A stretch of 24,917 nt of DNA from Candidatus Thorarchaeota archaeon SMTZ1-45 (GTDB lineage Archaea > Asgardarchaeota > Thorarchaeia > Thorarchaeales > Thorarchaeaceae). Both the position numbers and the translations under genes were made by a program. The DNA is taken from the NCBI GenBank assembly GCA_001563335.1, contig LRSL01000066.1, positions 1 through 24,917 of the forward strand, in the 5' to 3' direction. Shown in pieces: positions 1-7,900 of this stretch. Position 1 is the stretch's first letter, and each line of letters begins with the position of its first letter. The notes beneath the pieces are model-generated. The model ran no database searches. It had not been told where the DNA came from and saw nothing but the letters and a program-made list of their open reading frames with translations.

Positions 1-2
1 AC

Positions 3-2225
3 GTTGAATCGGATAGAATGGTCATATTCAGTGGATGGCCCGACTTGCATTATGAGGGAGTCCGTTACAATGATACATGGACATATGACTATAACAGTAA
101 CACATGGACGAACATGTCACCTTCCTCAATGCCAGTCGGAAGGGGGGCTCACATGATGGCCTATAATCAGAGGGCAGATGTTACGGTCATGTTCGGAGGA
201 GTGGCTGGTTGGCAGGCTGATGATGAAAAAATACTGACCGACACTTGGACATATGATGTCAACACAAATACTTGGACAAACATGTCGCCTGCAAGCAACC
301 CGACTCCTAGAGTTGCCGCCGCCATGGCATATGACAATGAGTCTGACATAATTGTGATGTTTGGAGGATGGTTACCGGATTGGTCAGCAAGTGATGAGAC
401 CTGGATATACAACCTTACGTCGAATACTTGGACAAATGTCACCACGGGTAGCCAGCCCGAAGCTAGGTTCTATGGCAATTTAGTCTATGACTACAAAAAC
501 AGCCGGCTCTTGCTAGTTGGCGGAACTAACTGGGATGGGCTACTTCATGATATATGGGAGTACAATTATGGTTCGAATATATGGACAGAGATACTAGCCA
601 CTAATGAAGCTCCGGTCCCCGCGGTTGGTATGACTTATGACTCGGAGTCAGAACTAATTGTTGCCTACGGTGGTCCTATAGACCTTAGTGAAGCTGTATT
701 CGTCACAGAAACGTGGACATTCAATCTTACCTCAAGACAATGGAATAACACATGGTCACAAAACAACCCTAGAGAGCGGAGCAGACAATACTTGGCCTAT
801 GATATAGAGTCAGACAGAACAATAATGTACGGTGGCGCGCTTCCTAGTGGTCAGCAGGGAGAAGCAATTGGAGACACATGGGCTTATGACTACAGAGTAA
901 ATGAGCCACTTTTGATACCTCCTCCGCCAGAGGATCTGGATGTTTCACCTGATAGCACTAGTCTTATTGTAACATGGAACCCTCCGGCTGAATCTGAGGG
1001 CTTCACAATCACAGGATACAATGTCTATAGGGGTACAGAACCTGGAGTCTTTGAACTATATGCAGAACTTGGAAATGTACTAAGTTTCACTGATTTGAGA
1101 GTTGGCTTTGACATAACCTATTATTATGTTACCACTACGGTTGCTACAACTGGAGAATCAGAAGAATTCTCTAATTCTGACTCAGGATTCCTAGATCTTG
1201 ACCCATATGATGATGGAGTCTACACCTTCATAGCCTATGGTGATACAAGAGCGAGCACAGGTGGTGGAGTGTCTCCTATCCATGATGACTTAGTCAGCAG
1301 GTACCTGCAACTCTCCGACCCTGAAATGATCATTCACACAGGCGATCTAGTGAATCAGGGTGGGGATGCGGTTAATTGGCCACTATATGACGATTCAGTC
1401 TCAGCTACACAAACCTGGGACTCTAACCTGGAAATCTATTATGCAGTGGGCAATCATGAACAATACTCAGGTACTGGTCCTAGTGATGTGGACTTCAGCA
1501 CTTATCGTGACTATGTCGATTTCTCAGACGTAGTAAATGAAATAGAAGGTGAAACTGAACTCTACTATTCATTTGACTGGCAGAATATTCACTTCATCTT
1601 CCTCAATTCAATTGATGGATGGGTTGGAGAAGACTTCATCTGTCCAACTGCTCAGTGGGATTGGTTGGTATCTGATTTTGAAAGAAATGATAAGGAGTGT
1701 ATCATAGTGTCAATGCACAATCCATCATACTCTATTCGAGCTGATAGACCTGACCGATGGACTCAGGCTGCAGCTATACGTGCAGAATTCCATGACCTCT
1801 TCGTAGACAATGACGTGGATATTGTATTTTCAGGACACGACCATCAATACTATCACACATATCGGGATGGAATTGAGTACGTAGTGTCTGGAGGGGGCGG
1901 AGCACCGCTCTACGAAATCGACACAGAAGCACCAGATTGGGAGCCGGGCGATATCGCATTCAGTGACTATCACTATTGTGTCTGTAAAATAACACGGGTA
2001 AATAGCACTCACAGCCGGCTTTCTGTGGATGTTGTAGTAATGGACGGAACAACTCCAGATGTGTTCTATCTTGATTTCTCCGATCCTATTCCTGAACCAA
2101 CAACACCAACAACACCAACAACAACCGTGCCAGATGGATTCCCCATGGTCATGACATTGGTAATCTTGGGAGGAGTAGTAGCAGTCATTGTGATAATAGT
2201 ACTGATTGTTCGACAAAGGAGATAA
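3..2225 (+). CDS. Membrane-anchored extracellular Kelch-repeat + FN3 + calcineurin-like metallophosphoesterase (5'-truncated by the window edge)
   Basis: The frame is open upstream of ATG18 (VESDR-M matches the repeat consensus YDxESD), so the true start lies outside the window. Six Kelch-like repeats are visible (AYDxESDxxxxFGG...DTWxY...NTWTN...PxxR). An FN3 domain follows (PPPPEDL...IVTWNPP...ITGYNVYRG...YYYVTTT...GES). Metallophosphoesterase motifs: YGDTR, HTGDLV, VGNHE, VSMHNP, SGHDH. Ends in a P/T linker, a hydrophobic helix and RQRR. Confidence 0.9.
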   Translation, partial: VESDRMVIFSGWPDLHYEGVRYNDTWTYDYNSNTWTNMSPSSMPVGRGAHMMAYNQRADVTVMFGGVAGWQADDEKILTDTWTYDVNTNTWTNMSPASNPTPRVAAAMAYDNESDIIVMFGGWLPDWSASDETWIYNLTSNTWTNVTTGSQPEARFYGNLVYDYKNSRLLLVGGTNWDGLLHDIWEYNYGSNIWTEILATNEAPVPAVGMTYDSESELIVAYGGPIDLSEAVFVTETWTFNLTSRQWNNTWSQNNPRERSRQYLAYDIESDRTIMYGGALPSGQQGEAIGDTWAYDYRVNEPLLIPPPPEDLDVSPDSTSLIVTWNPPAESEGFTITGYNVYRGTEPGVFELYAELGNVLSFTDLRVGFDITYYYVTTTVATTGESEEFSNSDSGFLDLDPYDDGVYTFIAYGDTRASTGGGVSPIHDDLVSRYLQLSDPEMIIHTGDLVNQGGDAVNWPLYDDSVSATQTWDSNLEIYYAVGNHEQYSGTGPSDVDFSTYRDYVDFSDVVNEIEGETELYYSFDWQNIHFIFLNSIDGWVGEDFICPTAQWDWLVSDFERNDKECIIVSMHNPSYSIRADRPDRWTQAAAIRAEFHDLFVDNDVDIVFSGHDHQYYHTYRDGIEYVVSGGGGAPLYEIDTEAPDWEPGDIAFSDYHYCVCKITRVNSTHSRLSVDVVVMDGTTPDVFYLDFSDPIPEPTTPTTPTTTVPDGFPMVMTLVILGGVVAVIVIIVLIVRQRR
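2097..2123 (+). repeat. (CCAACAACA)x3 coding tandem repeat, PTT-PTT-PTT linker
   Basis: Three perfect 9-bp units read directly from the sequence, just before the C-terminal TM helix. Confidence 0.9.
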
Positions 2226-2233
2226 GAAGAACT

Positions 2234-2266
2234 AAGAGGGGCACAGCAAGAGTGCCCCTTTTCTTT
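2234..2266 (+). terminator. Hairpin + T-tract, putative intrinsic terminator
   Basis: AGGGGCAC (2237-2244), 7-nt loop, GTGCCCCT (2252-2259), followed by TTTCTTT. The stem extends by A-U/G-U pairs to 2234/2262 and starts 9 nt after the stop codon. Confidence 0.75.
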
Positions 2267-2373
2267 CAAACTTCACTTACGATAATCTGTCAATAGAAAC
2301 AAAGAACGGTCTTATACATTCGTGAAATAATGCAAATAGGTTAAATCAGATACATACATGGAAGGTTTCACTC

Positions 2374-3264
2374 GTGAAGAAAGAAGTCACGATATACAAC
2401 TTCTGCCCTTGTTACAAAGACTTTGAGGGCGAATTAATCTGTTTGAACAATGATAGTCTTTGTGACATCGAACATTCCATCTTTGCAGCTGATATACTGA
2501 ACCAAGAAGCCACTCTTGATTTAGTGAAGCAATTTGAAATCCCAGATGGCAAGACATGCTATTCATCAATCTACACATATGATGGTTGTGTCTATTGCTC
2601 ATCCCAAGGGTTCAAGATCCGTATTCATAAAGAGGACATTACCGACGATATGCTCTCACAAGCCATAAGGCTCTATGCTCTTGGACCAACCCAGATAACA
2701 GTTGACTGTGCCTCATGTATCTATGGAATTCTTTTAGCGCTTGTACTATCTCAAGACCAAGCCTCAATCAAGAGATATCTAGACGAGTTCTCTCTAAAAG
2801 TAGCAATCAAGTTCACTGAGCTTGAACTCGATGATGTTGACGAATCTACGCCATATTTTGAAACTGTGCAGTCATATCTTGTGAAACTTCTTGAGGATCA
2901 GTACTATTGGCAAGAGGTCCACAAGAATCTAATCAAAAGTAAAGAACCTAAACCTCTAATTGAATTAGTCAACAAAATGGAGCTCCTTGACAGATTACAA
3001 TTCCTATTCTATAGCCAAGTTTTGAATATCAGAAGTATTGAAAGCTCAAGGATTCTTGTTCGGATGCTCTCTCATATCCTCAGGACTTCAAGAAACATCC
3101 TCGATCTAAATGAAGAGATACACGCGTTGGTAGCTTCGGACACAATTGGTGGTCATGAAGAAGACGAAACTCTAATCTTAAAGATTGAAGACTATATGGA
3201 AAAAAGCAGGACTCTTGACCATTTCTTTGGCAATATAGCTGATATCATGAAAGGCACATCATAG
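2374..3264 (+). CDS. Hypothetical protein with Cys-rich N-terminus (possible metal binding) and acidic helical C-terminus
   Basis: 296-codon ORF filling the gap between neighbours, GTG start, TATA-like GTTAAATC at 2340-2347. Nine Cys lie in the first ~116 aa (CPC, CVYC, CASC) and none after. No family recognised. Confidence 0.7.
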   Translation: MKKEVTIYNFCPCYKDFEGELICLNNDSLCDIEHSIFAADILNQEATLDLVKQFEIPDGKTCYSSIYTYDGCVYCSSQGFKIRIHKEDITDDMLSQAIRLYALGPTQITVDCASCIYGILLALVLSQDQASIKRYLDEFSLKVAIKFTELELDDVDESTPYFETVQSYLVKLLEDQYYWQEVHKNLIKSKEPKPLIELVNKMELLDRLQFLFYSQVLNIRSIESSRILVRMLSHILRTSRNILDLNEEIHALVASDTIGGHEEDETLILKIEDYMEKSRTLDHFFGNIADIMKGTS

Positions 3265-3290
3265 ATACGAATTACTCAAATCCTAGATGC

Positions 3291-3325
3291 TTGTGGTTTC
3301 CATAACCACAAATTTACTTTCTCTA
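3291..3325 (+). terminator. Weak hairpin followed by T-rich tract
   Basis: TTGTGGTT (3291-3298), TCCAT loop, AACCACAA (3304-3311), then ATTTACTTTCTCT. Begins 27 nt after the stop at 3264. Confidence 0.4.
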
Positions 3326-3479
3326 ATTAGACAAACCTTCCTATTTTTGAAATCAAAATGATGGAGGCAAGACAAATAAGCTTACATTGACAACGGTTTG
3401 TGGGTAGGAATTCCGCCAATAAGTGTAGATAAATCCAACCCTGTCCAGTCTGCACTCCGTTTCGCAATGCAACTGAGTA

Positions 3480-3516
3480 TCATGTATACTATCAAGGTCA
3501 AATGTAGTATACATGA
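3480..3516. promoter_or_regulatory. Perfect 12-bp inverted repeat with 13-bp spacer upstream of the giant surface-protein gene
   Basis: TCATGTATACTA (3480-3491) and TAGTATACATGA (3505-3516). Ends 25 bp before ATG3542. An SD-like GAGGAG lies at 3528-3533. Confidence 0.6.
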
Positions 3517-3541
3517 AGCCACTGATTGAGGAGAAGGGCTC

Positions 3542-4930
3542 ATGAAGAGTAGAAGGTCCACATTATTTTTCCTATCTGTTTGTATAGTGGTCCTACTACT
3601 TGGTGTGAGTACTGAAGTGGCGTACCCGACTACCTATGATTCAGGAATAGTCATTCATCAAAAGGAGTATAGTCTTTCTTCATCTCTTGAGCAATTTGTT
3701 GAAAATAATCTTTCAGATGTGGATGGTCTAGGATCGTTGGGAACCCATTCGAATTTTGCTAATCAACAAGCTGGACCTGATGCCACATATGATACACTGA
3801 ATGAAGAGAACACTGAACCAATCGCAACAAATGTAGAGGATGATTATGACAGTTATGTTAGTGATGTTGATTCATCCCCAGATGTTGGCGTGGAAACAAA
3901 TCCAACAAACGCACAGGGCGATTCACTTGATTCTCTGTACATGACACTTCAAGAGGTGGAGGTAGGAAGCCCCTATCAATCGACATGGCTTGATACAGAT
4001 CAGTATGACGGATTGGTTGAAACGGGTGTCACCAATTTTGGAACATCTCCATATCTTGATGCTCAAGACTATCCTACAAACTATATGACAACAAAAGCTC
4101 CGGGTTCGCAAGGTGGATGGTGGCATTTCCCAAATACAACATTGACCGGAGAATTGTCAATAAATGTATCCCTCTATTGTTGGAATCTAGATGGAGCCAA
4201 TGATGATGGTTTTGACATATATTATGACACATCTGGTGGACCCGGCACACTCTTGGGAAGAGTCGCACAACACACAGTGCAACAATATGATACATTACAA
4301 ATCTCTGGAACCTTTACTCAAAGTCAGGTAAATTCTCTTCGAATAATGCTCGTATTCTACAAGACTGGTGGCACAAACAATGCATATGCAGACCATCTTC
4401 GAATTGGAGTGAGTTCACCCAAGGTGATAAACTACGAGGCAGATTTCGAGTATAGCTGGAGTACAGCGGATAACGACGAAGGTCATGAGGAAGTATGCAT
4501 CAACATTGGATCTTTTATTGGAACAGAGGCACTAAATGTTAGTTGTTGGAATGGAATTAGCTGGACTCAATTAGGACAGATTACAACCTCTGGCTGGACA
4601 AATCTCACAGCAACTGGGTTGACTTCAACATCATATACAATCAGAATTAGAGGTGCAGAATCCATTGAAGATGCTGTGCAAGAAACATGGACAATTGACC
4701 TCATCACACTTCATACATGGAGTGACCAAACATACAATTACGAGCTGGATTTGGAGGTTCAATGGATCAGTGCTTCGTTTGATAACAACAATGAGTTCCT
4801 CTGTATATATGCAGGAAACACAGATTCCGAAGATTTGGTGGTTGAAGTCTGGGACGGTGCTGGCTGGACAAATGTACACTCAGATTTGCAGGCAAACTCT
4901 TGGAATAATATCAGTGTAAAGCCTCATTGA
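3542..4930 (+). CDS. N-terminal fragment (signal peptide + beta-sandwich tip domains) of the giant surface protein, terminated by a frameshift
   Basis: Sec-type N-terminus MKSRRS + hydrophobic FFLSVCIVVLLLGV. Two pairs of internally duplicated segments (SDVD...TLxE twice; NYExDxExxW...C...W twice). The last segment stops abruptly at WNNISV|KPH*. Confidence 0.8.
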   Translation: MKSRRSTLFFLSVCIVVLLLGVSTEVAYPTTYDSGIVIHQKEYSLSSSLEQFVENNLSDVDGLGSLGTHSNFANQQAGPDATYDTLNEENTEPIATNVEDDYDSYVSDVDSSPDVGVETNPTNAQGDSLDSLYMTLQEVEVGSPYQSTWLDTDQYDGLVETGVTNFGTSPYLDAQDYPTNYMTTKAPGSQGGWWHFPNTTLTGELSINVSLYCWNLDGANDDGFDIYYDTSGGPGTLLGRVAQHTVQQYDTLQISGTFTQSQVNSLRIMLVFYKTGGTNNAYADHLRIGVSSPKVINYEADFEYSWSTADNDEGHEEVCINIGSFIGTEALNVSCWNGISWTQLGQITTSGWTNLTATGLTSTSYTIRIRGAESIEDAVQETWTIDLITLHTWSDQTYNYELDLEVQWISASFDNNNEFLCIYAGNTDSEDLVVEVWDGAGWTNVHSDLQANSWNNISVKPH

Positions 4931-4943
4931 TGATGGGAGCTTC

Positions 4944-7900
4944 ATGTATGCACGAGCTCGTGACTATCTCATCACTGCCAATGTGTCAGATCAAGACGGA
5001 TATACGGACATTCAGAATGTTCGGTTCTCTTTATACTCAAATGATAGACTCTCCTTATATTGGACTGTTGAATATGATGAAGATACAGACTCATTCAGCG
5101 AATATGAGGATCCGTCAGATTATATCACCCTAGATGCGATCTCCTCAGGTGCCTTAAGGTTGGGAAATGACATTGATATTACATTTCATATTACAATTGA
5201 ATGGAATCACCCTGATGTTAGTAATACGGATGTAGAGTGTATTGTTATTGACAGTAAGGTGGAGAACAGTACAGCTTGGTTTGAAGTGAATTGGAATATT
5301 GAAACACGTCTTGATGTAACGGGAATTAATGCTGACGACAATCTTGGAACCGTTGACAGAGGTGACTTGGATAGCCAATTCTTCATTTCTGGAACTGTGA
5401 CATATTATGGTTCAATTCTCAATCCCCCAACTAATGAGGTAGATGTGTGGGTTTCTAGTTCTGAGTATGGAACAAACATTGGACCTTGGATAGACTCCAC
5501 ACTTGAGTCTGGAGTCTTCAATGCATCATGCTTTTCAGATAATGAAGTGGGTATAGACACACTTACAGTAAAGGTCGTTGAGAAAGGTGCAGGTTTTGGT
5601 GGAACTGACCTTCTCTACACAAGTATAGTGGACACTTACATTGCAGACCGCATCGAATTTTACGATTCTGGAGTAGATGATTCTCGAATTGATGTCGATA
5701 CAATGGGATTAACTCTATGGAGTACACGCTATCAGTATGATTCTCTCTCAATCACTAGTGGGCTATCAGCAACCTTGAATGGCTCTAAAGGTCTATCTTG
5801 GAATGGTTCTCATTGGATATTCCAAGAGAGTAAGAGTACAGTGCAAGCTGTTGGATACTCCATCGAATCAGCTTATGAAACTACACATGGTCTTAGTATT
5901 TGGACACAAACATCAGCCAACACTACAATCATTTGGGATCGTATACGAATTTTGACTACTACGACTCAGGATGGAAGGATAAACCATGGCACGTCTGCGG
6001 ACATTCGAGTCACAGCAGAGTTGGAATATGATGGTCATCTATTAGGGTCTGGAGATACCCTCTACATGAATGATACAGTTATGACGTGGGTTAGTTCATA
6101 TTTCCAATTGCAACCGCAATTCTCCAAAGTTGGTCTGTGGATATTTTATGTGAACGCATCTGGAGCCATAGAGATAACATTTGGAATCACAGCAGTCTTC
6201 ATTGATGGGAACCAAATTGACCAAATATGGGACAGAATTTTGATAGTAACCACAACTGCCACAGATGCTAGAATTGACTATGGAACGAGTACAACTGTAA
6301 ATGCGACTGCTCAACTTGAGTATGATGGAACACCGTTGGGAAGTGGGGACACCCTTTACATGAATAATACTGCAATGATATGGGACGTAGACCATTTCTA
6401 TCTTCAAACTGGTGTATATTCAATGGTGGGTCTATTGAATTATTTCATGAATGCATCAGGTGCTCTCGAAACGACATTTGGCATCAGTGTTATGCAATCG
6501 AATCCTATCAGTGCAAGTGTGATTTGGGATCGCATTCTAATCATATCCACTTCTTCTCAAGACTCAAGGATAGACTCTGGTGTTAGTGCAGACATAAGAG
6601 TAACCGCTATCTTGGAGTATGATAGTCATTCCCTAGGGTTGGGTGATACTCTTTTCATGAATAACACCATGATGAATTGGGTGGGCCCATACTTTAGGTT
6701 CCAACCACAGTTCACCCAAGTTGGTTTGTGGAGGTTCTATGTGAATTCTTCTGGAGCGTTGGAAACCACATATCAAATCACTGCAATCAATCTAGCAGGA
6801 TTCTATGTTGATCAAATCTGGGATCGAATAGTGATTTTGACGACCAATACACAAGATGCTAGAATTGACTTTGGCACGTCTGCTGATATTCGAGTAACAG
6901 CTGAACTGGAATATGATGGTCACCTATTAGGGTTGGGAGATACTCTCTTCATGAATGATACAGCGATGACATGGGTCAGTTCATACTTTAGACTACAACC
7001 TCAATTCTCAATGGTTGGAAGTTGGTTGTTCTTCGTGAACTCTTCCAATGTCTATGAAGCAACCTATGGAATATCTGCAGTGTATCTTAACGGGAATAGT
7101 GTGAGTCAAATCTGGGATAGAATTCAATTCTATCAGAGTGGTGTAGTTGACAATCACATAGATGTCGATGCCACAGGTGTCGTTTATTGGAATGCCAGGT
7201 ATGAGTATGATGGCATTGAAATAACTGGTGCAATTTTGACAGCGTCGTTAAATGGCTCAAAAGCTCTTGTTTGGAGTTCAGTTAATCTCCGCTGGGAGTA
7301 CTCTGAGGCAAAGAGCTTGGTACAACTCATAGGGTACAGGATAGATTCAGCATCAGAAACTACCTATGGTCTTTCATCGTGGATCCAAACAGCTGCCAGT
7401 CGATCAATCATATGGGATGAGATTGAGTTCTACTTGTCTGGAGTAGCAGATAACAGGATCAATATCAACACAATTGGTACAACATGGTGGAAGGCAAGGT
7501 ATGCTTATGATAACACCGATATTACCTCAGGACTGACTGCATTACTCAATGGTACGAAAGCACTTACTTGGAACGGAGGGTCAACATGGTGGGAATATGG
7601 AGAGGTGCTTTCGATAGTTCAATCTATGGGATATGGTTTGGTGAGTGCCTCTGAAACACTTTATGGTCTTACGAGGTTTAATCAGCTTGCTGGCAATACA
7701 AGCATCATTTGGGACAAAATAACCGTCCAATCGACTAGTGTTGATATTAATCATCTCGATGTAGGAGCGCTTGCTCAGATTCGAGTGACATTGTGGCTTG
7801 AGTATGACCACACATTTCTCAGCAGTGGTGACTCTGTGTTCACCAACGACACTGCGATGACATGGGATGAGGGTAATGGTTGGTTTGGTCTTGATGTTGC

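Noticed and set aside
1210-2070. Ortholog of eukaryotic Kelch phosphatases (BSU1/PPKL) or a true purple acid phosphatase
   Set aside because: It lacks the PPP motifs and the GDxxY tyrosine, and its topology appears extracellular.
4916-4946. Programmed +1 ribosomal frameshift shared with the ~21965 site
   Set aside because: Internal-repeat comparison shows that tens of codons are missing, which slippage cannot restore. The two sites share no convincing slippery motif.
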